Shown piece by piece: positions 48,001 through 56,739 of a stretch of DNA of 64,000 nt. Origin of the DNA: Desulfobacterales bacterium (GTDB lineage: Bacteria; Desulfobacterota; Desulfobacteria; Desulfobacterales; UBA2245); contig JAXGZF010000005.1 in the NCBI GenBank assembly GCA_040771865.1, forward strand, positions 310,001-374,000, given 5' to 3'. The position numbers and the translations under genes were made by a program. Position 1 is the stretch's first letter, and the number at the start of each line of letters is the position of its first letter. The notes below the pieces were generated by a model. That model saw only the letters and a program-made list of their open reading frames with translations, searched no databases and had not been told where the DNA came from.

Positions 48001-49393
48001 TCGCCGGCTTGACGCTGAACGGGGACTGGACCCGGATTCGGATCTTTTCAGCCCGGGTTATTTTCTGGTTGACCTGACTTCCGAGGCGACGGTGACGCTT
48101 TCCGCCGCCGTGGAAAGCATTTCAGATCTTCCGGAATCGGATCTGGCGTCGAAGGTGAAGGGCGCTTTTAACCGCCAGGGTTTCTGGAAGCCTGAAGCGG
48201 CTTTTCGAAAATGCCTCGACCATTATGTTGTCAAAAGGGGAAATTTTAATACCGTGATCGCCGGTTATCCCTGGTTTCTGGACTGGGGCCGCGACACGCT
48301 GATCGTCGTTCGCGGTCTGATCGCCGCCGGAAGGCTGGAGGAATCCCGTTCCATTTTGAAACAGTTTGCCTCTTTTGAAGAAAACGGAACTCTGCCCAAC
48401 ATGATCCGGGGGCTTGATGCTTCCAACCGGGACACGGCCGATGCGCCGCTGTGGCTTGTCGTCGCCTGTTCGGACCTTTTGGCCGCCGAAAAAGACACTT
48501 CCTTCCTCAGGGAGCCCTGCGGCGGGCGAACGATCATTCAGGTGATTTCAGACATGGTCGGCTCCCTGATGTCCGGCACTCCTAACGGCATCAAAATGGA
48601 TGCGGCTTCCGGCCTGCTTTTCAGCCCCTCGCACTTTTCGTGGATGGACACCAATTTTCCGGCCGGTACTCCGCGGGAAGGGTATCCGGTTGAAATTCAG
48701 GCCTTATGGTATTTTGCTCTGGCCTTTCTTTCCCGGAACCTTCCGCATCGAAACGGTAAGGCATATGAAGATCTGGCCGAGCAGGTCAGGGCTTCGATAG
48801 TTGAGCTGTTTAATCTTGAAGGTTCCGGGTATCTGGCTGATTGCCTTTACGCAAAACCCGGATTGGCCGCCGCCGCCGCCGAACCCGATGACGCACTCCG
48901 GCCGAATCAGCTTTTTGCCCTGACTTTGGGGGCCGTAACCGATCCGGCTGTGGGCAGGAGTATTCTGGACCATTGCGCGGAGCTTCTGGTGCCTGGAGCT
49001 GTCCGCAGTCTCGCGGATCGTCCACTGCGCCGCCCGCTTCCCATCGTTTACAACGGGCGTCTGCTGAACGATCCCTGCCGTCCATATCAGGGAACCTATG
49101 CCGGGGACGAGGATACGAGCCGTAAGCCCGCATATCACAACGGGACGGCCTGGACCTGGCTGCTGCCTTCTTTTTGCGAAGCCTGGGCGTTGATGTATGC
49201 TCCGAATGGAAGCGATACGGCCCGTGCCTGGCTCGGCAGCATGTGCCGGCTCATGAATTCGGGTTGCGCCGGACATGTTCCTGAGATTCTCGACGGGGAT
49301 TTTCCGCACAGGCAAAGAGGATGCGATGCGCAGGCGTGGGGTGTCAGCGAACTTTTCCGGGTCTGGACACAACTATCCACAGGATCGGTCTGA
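45098..49393 (+). CDS. Two-domain glycogen debranching enzyme: GH13 domain plus amylo-alpha-1,6-glucosidase domain
   Basis: GH13 regions DIAVNHT, GVDGFRADAG, FLEGL and ETHDN. C-terminal AGYPWFLDWGRDT, WMDT...TPREGYPVEIQALW, YHNGTAW and QAWGVSE. Confidence 0.92.
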   Translation: MKPLSGLRQEPDPGACLLHFRGDALVFTLSAPSLETGSAWVRTNIGHARATRTEIIRRVNCQETSLGRDWFDIPMRRIDKGRFQARLPLCEVGHFQAKCYFLKDGETYPMWPEGPNTVINVEPAETCCANIIYNAFVRQFGPNKAGTFLFPVEQTCIQALDNAGFTVIPPSGTFRDLIRELDFIIEKLGCRIIQLLPVNPTPTTYARMGRFGNPYASLDFTGIDPALAEFDPRATPLEQFYELADAIHARNARLFLDIAVNHTGWAASLHESHPEWLSRFPDGRIEVPGAWGIIWEDLTKLDYRHTDLWQYMADVFLTWCRRGVDGFRADAGYMIPVEAWKYIVAAVREQYPDTVFFLEGLGGKISETRHILDEANFNWAYSELFQNYDRSQIEGYLPGAIEISRSQGIMLHYAETHDNNRMAAVSQCFSRMRTALCALCSQQGAFGFANGVEWYATEKINVHGASSLNWGDSANQVDEIRRLNSLLRVHPAFFDNTDLSMIQNGPGNFIVMRRHHRPTEKRVLVVVNLDADHPVHAAWDSDQAGIKENVMVDLLSGVEVKLQVSGNRRSLNLDPGRTLCLSADWADMELLSRYGNRFCRMPEHAARRKLAAKALEVRGYYRGTCDLGDENIDEAARLLAEHPAAFCRKYNPYSEESRVVMWKWPQDQKRQVMVPPEHFLMIQSATYFRASIIQEDRCLAAEDAAMRSDGTFFALFMPLPAPKDFFSCSLKMRVYTPEHCQHVESPLLYLPYPAGITIRQRFSRHELLQHSPRLLGTNGHGGMLRANASWGDLASRYDALLAANLCTDFPKDRQMLFARCRGWIVYQGFSREINIDCLDAFDYEYESRGFWHFYIPAGQGQHLWLSIGLEMIPGKNAVRMVFYRHHAGSDADRLSDEKSVALILRPDIEDRNFHYLTKAYVGPEHEWPKAVRSFDSGFEFAPAPDHRVRFEIAPGKFITAPEWHYMVYRRLDAERGLDPDSDLFSPGYFLVDLTSEATVTLSAAVESISDLPESDLASKVKGAFNRQGFWKPEAAFRKCLDHYVVKRGNFNTVIAGYPWFLDWGRDTLIVVRGLIAAGRLEESRSILKQFASFEENGTLPNMIRGLDASNRDTADAPLWLVVACSDLLAAEKDTSFLREPCGGRTIIQVISDMVGSLMSGTPNGIKMDAASGLLFSPSHFSWMDTNFPAGTPREGYPVEIQALWYFALAFLSRNLPHRNGKAYEDLAEQVRASIVELFNLEGSGYLADCLYAKPGLAAAAAEPDDALRPNQLFALTLGAVTDPAVGRSILDHCAELLVPGAVRSLADRPLRRPLPIVYNGRLLNDPCRPYQGTYAGDEDTSRKPAYHNGTAWTWLLPSFCEAWALMYAPNGSDTARAWLGSMCRLMNSGCAGHVPEILDGDFPHRQRGCDAQAWGVSELFRVWTQLSTGSV

Positions 49394-49428
49394 AAGGCGC
49401 TGATGACTGATTTCAACCATATCAAGGA

Positions 49429-49583
49429 TGATGGCTTCGTAACAAAGTCCAATTTCTGCGTCGCGCTGCACGCCCCATCATGACGGCGTACGCTGGGTAC
49501 GCCTCACCCCTCGGAATTCGCGGCGCCTTGAACTTGAACTTTTTACCTTGTCATCACAATTTCGACTTTTTACAAGACCATCA
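49429..49583. mobile_element. 155-bp MITE/REP-like element
   Basis: Imperfect terminal inverted repeats TGATGGCTTCGTAACAAAGTC and revcomp TGATGGTCTTGTAAAAAGTC. Internal hairpin GGCGTAC...GTACGCC. AGGA directly repeated on both flanks. Confidence 0.8.
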
Positions 49584-49595
49584 AGGATGAGCAAT

Positions 49596-52157
49596 ATGGG
49601 TCACTTGCAGGTTTATGAAGTATTTCCAGCCATTCCCGAGCGTTTAATGTTCCTCGAAACACTTTCCCGGAATCTCTGGTGGTCGTGGAACTTTGAGGCC
49701 ATCGATCTTTTCCGCCGTATCGACCCCCGTTCCTGGATGCAGGCCAAGGGGAACCCGATCGTATTCCTGGCCATGATTCCGCCGGAACGATACGATGCGA
49801 TGTCAAAAGACGAGAGCTTTCTGTCGCATCTGGAACATGTCCGTCAGAATTATGAAAAAGAGATTCTCGCTTCGGTCGAACCGGAAGGCTATTCCTTCTG
49901 TCCGGACGAATTTGTCGCCTATTTTTCCATGGAATTCGGAATCGATGCCAATCTGCCCATATTTGCCGGCGGACTGGGAGTGCTTGCCGGCGATCATCTC
50001 AAGGCATCATCGGATATGTCTTTTCCGCTGATCGGCGTAGGTCTGCTGTATCGGGAGGGCTATTTTCAACAATTTATGGATCAGGATGCCTGGCAGAAGG
50101 AAGAATATCCCGAAACGGATTTTTATCATCTTCCCATTTCCCGGGCCCGGGATTGCTCCGGAAAAAACCTTGCGATCACCGTCAGCGGGCCGGATGGAGA
50201 CATCCATGCAGCCGTATGGAAACTCAATGTGGGGCGTGTTCCACTTTATCTTCTGGACACCAATATCGGTAAGAATTCAAGGGAGCATCGGGATCTGACT
50301 TCCAGACTTTATCCCGGCGAATCCCAGCAGCGTCTGGCACAGGAGATACTTCTGGGCATCGGGGGTATGCGTGCGCTGTCCCGGATGGGGCTGGAACCTG
50401 CCGTTTGTCACATGAACGAGGGGCATTGCAGCTTTTCGAGTCTGGAACGACTGGCCCAGACCATGCAACGATACGGGGTGAATCTGAAAACCGCAAAAGA
50501 GATTGTCTCTCGAACCACGGTATTTACCACCCACACCCCGGTGTCCGCCGGATATGACGAGTTCTACCCGGATATGGTCAAGCCCTATCTCAAGGACTTG
50601 GAATCATCTTTGGGCATTCCGGTTGACCAGATTATTACCTTAGGGCAGTTGAAGGATGCCGGCCCCGGCGCTCAGTTTTCCATGTTTATTCTGGGATTGG
50701 GTATGGCGCAGTACTGCAACGGCGTCAGCCAGCTTCACGGATCTGTCGCCAGAAAAATGTGGCGCCATATCTGGCCGGGAAGGGGACAGGATGAGATTCC
50801 GATTTCTCATGTGACCAACGGGGTTCATATCCCCACATGGATTTCCGAGGAGAACTACCAGCTTTTTGAAAGATACCTTGGCCCGGAGTGGATTAAACGG
50901 CTGTTGAAGGAGGATATTGCCTCCAAAATTGATGAGATTTACGATGAAGAGCTCTGGCATGCCCATGAATTGAACCGAATGCGGCTGATCCGGGTCTGCC
51001 GGGACCGTATGGCCAAGCAGTATGAACGGATCAATGCCTCCAGAAGGACCATTGAAGATGCGGAAAGAGTGCTGGACAAAAATGTCCTGACCATCGGATT
51101 TGCCAGAAGGTTTGCGACCTATAAACGGGCCAATCTGATTCTGCAGGATCCGGAACGGCTCGAAGCGCTTTTGACCGACAAGGACCGTCCGATTCAGATT
51201 GTCTATGCCGGAAAGGCGCATCCCAGGGACAACGAGGGAAAGGAACTGCTGCGTCAGCTCCTCCGGTTTATTCAGGAGCCCAAAATCCGCCGCAAAATCA
51301 TTTTTCTTGAGGGATACGACATGAACATGACCAAGCTGCTGGTCCAGGGAGTGGATGTGTGGCTCAACACGCCCCGGCGTCCGCTCGAGGCCTGCGGAAC
51401 CTCGGGCATGAAGGCCGCTTTGAACGGCGTTCTGAACCTCAGCATTCTGGACGGCTGGTGGTGCGAAGGGTATTCGCGGGAAACCGGATGGCGCATCGGC
51501 AACGGAGAAGAATACAATGACGCCATGTTTCAGGATGCCCTGGAGAGCCGCGCGCTTTACAATATTCTGGAGAACGAGGTGATCCCCTGTTTCTATGAGA
51601 GAAAGGACGGCGACATTCCGGTGGAATGGGTTCGAAAGATGAAAGCCTCCATGAAGATGGCGCTGAAGGGTTTTTCCAGCCGGAGAATGCTGGCCATCTA
51701 TTATGAACGCTATTATGCGCCGGCGGTTCAAAGGCGACGAGAGCTGACGGCCGACGGAGCTGCCGAAGCCCGGCTTCTGGCCGATCGCACGGAAAAATTC
51801 CGCACGCTCTGGAAATATATTTTCGTTGACGCCGCGGTCAAAAGCGATGAAGGTCCATTTCGGGTCGGGGATTACTTTTCGGTTGCCGCCGAGGTGTATC
51901 TGGGTGACATTCGTCCCGAAGAGGTGGATGTGGAGCTTTACTACGGCCGTTACAAGACCATCTACGCCGTGGAGGTCGGGGAGACTGAAATCATGGATAT
52001 GACCGAAAACATGGGGCATGGGCGATACCGCTACGAGGGCCGGGTTCGCTGCCGGGTCTCGGGACGTTACGGTTTCAACGTAAGGGTGGTGCCGCGGGGA
52101 GACGATCAGATCAAATATTCGCGGGAATTTATCACCTGGGCTGAAAAGTCCCTATAA
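49596..52157 (+). CDS. glgP: Alpha-glucan (glycogen) phosphorylase
   Basis: NLWWSW, AYFSMEFG, GGLGVLAGD, NEGH, ARRFATYKR and EACGTSGMKA (PLP lysine). Start is 49596 or 49587. Confidence 0.96.
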   Translation: MGHLQVYEVFPAIPERLMFLETLSRNLWWSWNFEAIDLFRRIDPRSWMQAKGNPIVFLAMIPPERYDAMSKDESFLSHLEHVRQNYEKEILASVEPEGYSFCPDEFVAYFSMEFGIDANLPIFAGGLGVLAGDHLKASSDMSFPLIGVGLLYREGYFQQFMDQDAWQKEEYPETDFYHLPISRARDCSGKNLAITVSGPDGDIHAAVWKLNVGRVPLYLLDTNIGKNSREHRDLTSRLYPGESQQRLAQEILLGIGGMRALSRMGLEPAVCHMNEGHCSFSSLERLAQTMQRYGVNLKTAKEIVSRTTVFTTHTPVSAGYDEFYPDMVKPYLKDLESSLGIPVDQIITLGQLKDAGPGAQFSMFILGLGMAQYCNGVSQLHGSVARKMWRHIWPGRGQDEIPISHVTNGVHIPTWISEENYQLFERYLGPEWIKRLLKEDIASKIDEIYDEELWHAHELNRMRLIRVCRDRMAKQYERINASRRTIEDAERVLDKNVLTIGFARRFATYKRANLILQDPERLEALLTDKDRPIQIVYAGKAHPRDNEGKELLRQLLRFIQEPKIRRKIIFLEGYDMNMTKLLVQGVDVWLNTPRRPLEACGTSGMKAALNGVLNLSILDGWWCEGYSRETGWRIGNGEEYNDAMFQDALESRALYNILENEVIPCFYERKDGDIPVEWVRKMKASMKMALKGFSSRRMLAIYYERYYAPAVQRRRELTADGAAEARLLADRTEKFRTLWKYIFVDAAVKSDEGPFRVGDYFSVAAEVYLGDIRPEEVDVELYYGRYKTIYAVEVGETEIMDMTENMGHGRYRYEGRVRCRVSGRYGFNVRVVPRGDDQIKYSREFITWAEKSL

Positions 52158-52233
52158 AACCGGTGTCCGTTGCGGGTGCAGCTGAGGATGAAAAAGTTCA
52201 GAGCTGTTTTCGTATCACAAGGAGTTTTCAACT

Positions 52234-53763
52234 ATGAGCGGGTCTGCAAAAAATCCCCGCGTACTGATTGTCACGCCGGAAGTCACCTATCTCCCCAAAG
52301 AGATGGGGCACATCGCCGTCGGCCTCAGCGCCAAGGCCGGAGGCCTGGCCGATGTGTCGGCGGCGCTGATCAGCGCGCTTTTCGATCAGGGCGCCGATGT
52401 CCATGTGGCGCTTCCGAACTATCGTTCGCTGTTTAACGCCCAGCTGGCGCCGATACTTACAAAAGAGCTGAGCATCATTCGGAAAAAAATGCCAGACGAC
52501 CGGATTCATCTGGCCGAAGACCGGGCTTTTTTCTACATGCAGGGGGTCTATTCCAGTTACGGCGAGGAAAACATCAAGATCGCGCTGGCCTTTCAGCGGG
52601 AGGTCATCAACAACATCCTTCCATTTGTGCGGCCCGATCTGATTCATTGCAACGACTGGATGACCGGTCTGATTCCGGCCGTCGCCAGAAAAATGGGCAT
52701 TCCCTGCCTGTTCACCATTCACAACATTCACACCGTCAAGGAAACGCTGGCCCGAATCGAGGATATGGGAATCGATGCCGCCTATTTCTGGGAACACCTG
52801 TATTACGACAACATGGCCTACGATTATGAGCGAACCCGGAGCGTGAATTCCGTGGATTTTCTGACCAGCGGCGTGTTCGCGTCTCACTTTGTCAACACGG
52901 TCAGCCCGACCTTTCTGGTCGAAGTGGCTCAGGGGAGACATCATTTTATCAAGCCGTCTCTTCAACAGGAACTGGCCAACAAACTCTACGCCGAATGCGC
53001 GGTCGGCATCCTCAACGCGCCGGATCCGTCGTATGACCCATCCACGGACACCTCGGTTTTTCAGCAGTACACCGCGGAGAATGTGATGCCGGCAAAGCGC
53101 GCGAACAAGCGGCTGCTGCAAAGGACCATGGGGTTGATCGAGGATCCGAGGGCGCCCGTATTTTTCTGGCCTTCCCGTATGGATTCCGTTCAGAAGGGAT
53201 GCCAGCTTCTGGCAGAGATTCTGTACGCGATTGTCTCCCGTTACTGGAAGGAGAAGCTTCAGGTCGTTTTTGTGGCGGACGGAGAATTTAAAAAGCATTT
53301 TGAGAATATCGTCCGGATTCACGGCATTGGAGACCGGGTTGCGGTCTGGGGATTCGACGAGCGCATGGCCCGGCTGGCCTATGCGGGCTCTGATTTTATA
53401 CTGATGCCCTCGCGTTTTGAGCCCTGCGGTCTGCCCCAGATGATCGGCCCCCTGTACGGAGCGCTTCCCGTGGCGCACGACACCGGAGGGCTTCACGATA
53501 CGGTGGAACATCTGGATGTGGAGCGGGGAACCGGGAACGGCTTTATCTTCAAGCATTATGATTCTCAGGGCCTTTCCTGGGCCGTCGACCAGGCCATGGC
53601 CTTTCACAAGCTCCCGCAGTCCGTCAAAAGGGCTCAGATACGAAGGATCATGAACCAGAGCGCGGTCCGATTCACCCATGCGGTGTGCGCCCGTCAATAC
53701 ATCGAGCTTTATGAAAAAATGCTTCAGCGTCCGCTGATCGTCAATCAGGGGCAGGGTGCATGA
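52234..53763 (+). CDS. glgA: Glycogen/starch synthase (GT5)
   Basis: KAGGLADV, IHCNDW, FTIHN, QKG, MPSRFEPCGLPQM and TGGLHDTV motifs. Confidence 0.92.
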   Translation: MSGSAKNPRVLIVTPEVTYLPKEMGHIAVGLSAKAGGLADVSAALISALFDQGADVHVALPNYRSLFNAQLAPILTKELSIIRKKMPDDRIHLAEDRAFFYMQGVYSSYGEENIKIALAFQREVINNILPFVRPDLIHCNDWMTGLIPAVARKMGIPCLFTIHNIHTVKETLARIEDMGIDAAYFWEHLYYDNMAYDYERTRSVNSVDFLTSGVFASHFVNTVSPTFLVEVAQGRHHFIKPSLQQELANKLYAECAVGILNAPDPSYDPSTDTSVFQQYTAENVMPAKRANKRLLQRTMGLIEDPRAPVFFWPSRMDSVQKGCQLLAEILYAIVSRYWKEKLQVVFVADGEFKKHFENIVRIHGIGDRVAVWGFDERMARLAYAGSDFILMPSRFEPCGLPQMIGPLYGALPVAHDTGGLHDTVEHLDVERGTGNGFIFKHYDSQGLSWAVDQAMAFHKLPQSVKRAQIRRIMNQSAVRFTHAVCARQYIELYEKMLQRPLIVNQGQGA

Positions 53764-55775
53764 ATGATCCGCGGATCGATACGGAGCTGCAAAGACTGAT
53801 TGCGGATGATTCCCTTCTGGATTTATATCGGGATGCAATTCGCCGGCGTCTGGAAAAGATTGCCGAAACCCGTAGCCGTCTGACTTCCGACAGGATGTCT
53901 CTGCCTGATTTCGCCTCGGGCCATGAGTACTTCGGCCTGCATTTCCGGGAAAACCAGTGGATTTTCCGGGAGTGGGCGCCGAACGCCACGCACATCTTTC
54001 TGATCGGACAGATGACGGACTGGCTCGAGAAACCATCCTTCCGTCTGGAAAGAATCAGCAACGACGGGGTCTGGGAATTAAGGATTCCGGCCCAGCGGAT
54101 TTGTCACAAAGATCTGTATCGCCTGAAGGTTTACTGGCCCGGCGGCCGGGGAGACCGGATTCCCGCCTATGCCAGGCGGGTGGTTCAGGATCCGAATACG
54201 CTGATATTCAACGCCCAGGTCTGGGCGCCGGATTCTTATCCATGGCGGTGCCTGAATTTCAAGCCGCCCGAAGGTCCGCTGCTGATTTACGAGGCTCATG
54301 TGGGAATGGCCCAGGATGCCGAACGCATCGGCAGCTTCGATGAATTTTCCGGGAAGATCATCCCCCGCATCGTTGCCGCCGGATACAACACCCTCCAGCT
54401 CATGGCCGTTCCGGAGCATCCCTATTACGGGTCGTTCGGATACCACGTATCGAACTTTTTCGCCGCATCCTCCCGGTTCGGAACCCCGGAAGAGCTGAAG
54501 AATCTCGTCGATACGGCCCATGAGGCCGGGCTGCGGGTGATCATGGACGTCATTCATTCCCACGCCGTATCCAACGAGGTGGAAGGCCTGAGCCGTTTCG
54601 ACGGAACCTCGTATCAGTACTTTCACGAAGGCCCCAAGGGCCGACACCTGGCCTGGGATTCCCGGTGCTTTGACTACGGAAAGCACCAGGTGCTTCATTT
54701 TCTGCTGTCGAACTGCCGTTTCTGGCTTGACGAGTACCGTTTCGACGGGTTCCGGTTCGACGGCGTGACCAGCATGCTGTACTGGCATCACGGGCTGGAA
54801 AAAGCCTTTACCAGTTATGCGGATTACTTTGATTCGGGAGTGGATGAAGACGCCCTGACCTACCTGGCCCTGGCCAACGAGGTGATTCACACAGTGAAAC
54901 CCGATGCGGTGACGGTTGCCGAAGACATCAGCGGAATGCCGGGGCTGGCCGCTTCACGGGACAGGGGCGGAATTGGCTTTGACTACCGGTTCGCCATGGG
55001 CGTTCCTGACTTGTGGATCCGTCTGATCAAGCACGTTGCCGACGAGAACTGGCCCATGGGAGGGCTGTGGTACGAGCTGAACAACCGGCGTCCGGAGGAG
55101 AAGACCGTCAGCTACGCCGAATCCCACGATCAGGCCCTGGTCGGCGACCAGACCCTAATCTTCCGTCTGATCGGATCGGATATCTATGAATACATGCATG
55201 TGCGCCATAAAAGTCTGCGCATCGACCGGGGCATCGCCCTGCACAAGCTGATCCGTTTCATCACCCTGACGACCGCGGGCAGCGGGTATCTGAATTTCAT
55301 GGGAAACGAGTTCGGACATCCCGAATGGATCGATTTTCCAAGGCCGGGAAACAACTGGTCTTACCGGTACGCACGCAGGCAATGGCGCCTGGCCGATGCC
55401 GAGGATCTGAAATACCGGTTTCTCGGCCAATTCGACCGGGACATGATCGAACTGGTCAAGGCCCGCCGAATCCTGGAAAGCCCCTGGCCCCGGCTGCTCA
55501 AGGAGCATGACCTGGACAAGGTTATCGCTTTTGAGCGGGCCGGTGTGATATTTGTGTTTAATTTTCATCCCACCCGGTCCCATGTCGACTATCCGGTGCC
55601 GGCCGCTCCGGGAAAGTACCGGTTGATCTTCGACAGCGACCGGCCTGCTTACGGCGGTCATGACCGGCTCGTGCCCGATCAGTGTCATTTTACGCTCAAC
55701 GGAACGGATCCCGCCTGTTTTCTGAGCCTTTACATTCCCACCCGGACCGTCCTGGCGCTTTGCCGCGAGGCCTAG
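53760..55775 (+). CDS. glgB: 1,4-alpha-glucan branching enzyme
   Basis: FREWAPNA, IYEAHVGM, EHPYYGSFGYHV, DGFRFDGVTSM, YAESHDQ and FMGNEFGHPEW motifs. ATGA overlap with glgA. Confidence 0.95.
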   Translation: MNDPRIDTELQRLIADDSLLDLYRDAIRRRLEKIAETRSRLTSDRMSLPDFASGHEYFGLHFRENQWIFREWAPNATHIFLIGQMTDWLEKPSFRLERISNDGVWELRIPAQRICHKDLYRLKVYWPGGRGDRIPAYARRVVQDPNTLIFNAQVWAPDSYPWRCLNFKPPEGPLLIYEAHVGMAQDAERIGSFDEFSGKIIPRIVAAGYNTLQLMAVPEHPYYGSFGYHVSNFFAASSRFGTPEELKNLVDTAHEAGLRVIMDVIHSHAVSNEVEGLSRFDGTSYQYFHEGPKGRHLAWDSRCFDYGKHQVLHFLLSNCRFWLDEYRFDGFRFDGVTSMLYWHHGLEKAFTSYADYFDSGVDEDALTYLALANEVIHTVKPDAVTVAEDISGMPGLAASRDRGGIGFDYRFAMGVPDLWIRLIKHVADENWPMGGLWYELNNRRPEEKTVSYAESHDQALVGDQTLIFRLIGSDIYEYMHVRHKSLRIDRGIALHKLIRFITLTTAGSGYLNFMGNEFGHPEWIDFPRPGNNWSYRYARRQWRLADAEDLKYRFLGQFDRDMIELVKARRILESPWPRLLKEHDLDKVIAFERAGVIFVFNFHPTRSHVDYPVPAAPGKYRLIFDSDRPAYGGHDRLVPDQCHFTLNGTDPACFLSLYIPTRTVLALCREA

Positions 55776-56119
55776 CAGGGGACGTTCGTTCGAGATTGCT
55801 TCCAGTCTTACAGCCCTGTTCTGATGCAATTCCTCACACCAGGATCGGTCGGTTATCGATATAAAACCATTTTTTAACAGGCGCGCGGGCCCGGCCGTAC
55901 AAGCGATGCGAACTCCAGGCCTTTCGCGGGAAATGTTTTTGCTTGACGGTCCTTAAGATGGGTTGTAGGAAATGCTTTGCACCATCCATGCGCCGCAAGA
56001 TTTCTCAATCCGTTCCATTGCAGCACTATTTATGATCTTGAAAACGTGAGGCTAAGGCATGAAACACGTACTTGTGGGATGCGCCTGATGGGATATCAAC
56101 ACCTCGGCGCTCCGCGCCT

Positions 56120-56218
56120 TAGGAACCAAACGTTGGACCGGCAAATTTTCCCGAATAACAACCGGCAATCGACTTGCCGTTATCCGGTGAAAATTCGCCC
56201 GTCAACTCGGCGTTATGG
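56120..56218 (+). other. attC site 0
   Basis: R'' ..GGAAC, spacer CAAAC, L'' GTTGGAC, long imperfect stem, L' GTCAAC, spacer TCGGC, R' GTTATGG. Confidence 0.8.
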
Positions 56219-56227
56219 GTGAAATTG

Positions 56228-56662
56228 ATGAAAGCATTAAAACGGCAAAGCACAAGGCTTGAATCAGAAGGAGCTGAATTTCTTGTTCTTGGTCATTTAT
56301 TGATTCTCGGCATCCCAGCTTATAAAAACTATACAAATATGCCGGGATATGATCTCGTAGCTACCAATCCTGACAAAAATATTTCAAAACGTATTTCTGT
56401 GAAAAGCCGATGGACGACTACTGCAACTGGATTCATTATTAAGAACTTTGATTGTGATTTTGTCGTTGTAGCAAAACTTAACAGAGGTTCAAGAGACGGT
56501 AACGGTAAAGTGCTGCCACCTGAGTTTTACGTTTTGCCAGTTCACATTGTAGAGGATGCACCTCGAAGCAAGGGATGGAACAGAATATCATTTGGTAGAA
56601 TTCCTAATTTCCAGTCTTATCGGGATCGTTGGGATCTAATAAGAAAATCTTTGAAATATTGA
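56228..56662 (+). CDS. Cassette 1: small PD-(D/E)XK-superfamily nuclease
   Basis: EGAEFLV...PGYDLVA...RISVKSR follows the E...D...(S)xK pattern of Hjc-like restriction-fold nucleases. Confidence 0.75.
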   Translation: MKALKRQSTRLESEGAEFLVLGHLLILGIPAYKNYTNMPGYDLVATNPDKNISKRISVKSRWTTTATGFIIKNFDCDFVVVAKLNRGSRDGNGKVLPPEFYVLPVHIVEDAPRSKGWNRISFGRIPNFQSYRDRWDLIRKSLKY

Positions 56663-56672
56663 TGGAATAATT

Positions 56673-56728
56673 CCATAACAAAGTCAATACAGCCGATCAC
56701 TTCGCTCCGGCTGATTTTTTCGTTGGCA
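56673..56728 (+). other. attC site 1
   Basis: R'' CCATAAC is the exact complement of the upstream GTTATGG. L'' AAT(A)CAGCCG pairs with L' CGGCTGATT with one extrahelical base. R' GTTGGCA. Confidence 0.85.
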
Positions 56729-56739
56729 GAAAATAAAAT

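Noticed and set aside
49548..49586. TTG-initiated N-terminal extension of glgP
   Set aside because: It lies inside the MITE-like element; the RBS supports ATG 49596.
52228..54036. 602-aa minus-strand ORF, and similar long antisense ORFs at 50640-52019, 45056-46348, 37009-37944, 19948-20877 and 7983-8906
   Set aside because: They lie opposite well-supported genes, show no motifs, and are expected shadows of GC-biased codon usage.
55776..56119. Integron integrase, attI or Pc upstream of the cassette array
   Set aside because: No tyrosine-recombinase ORF is present. TTGACG at 55943 has only a weak -10 (TAGGAA), and ORF 55977-56222 runs through attC0 without recognisable motifs.
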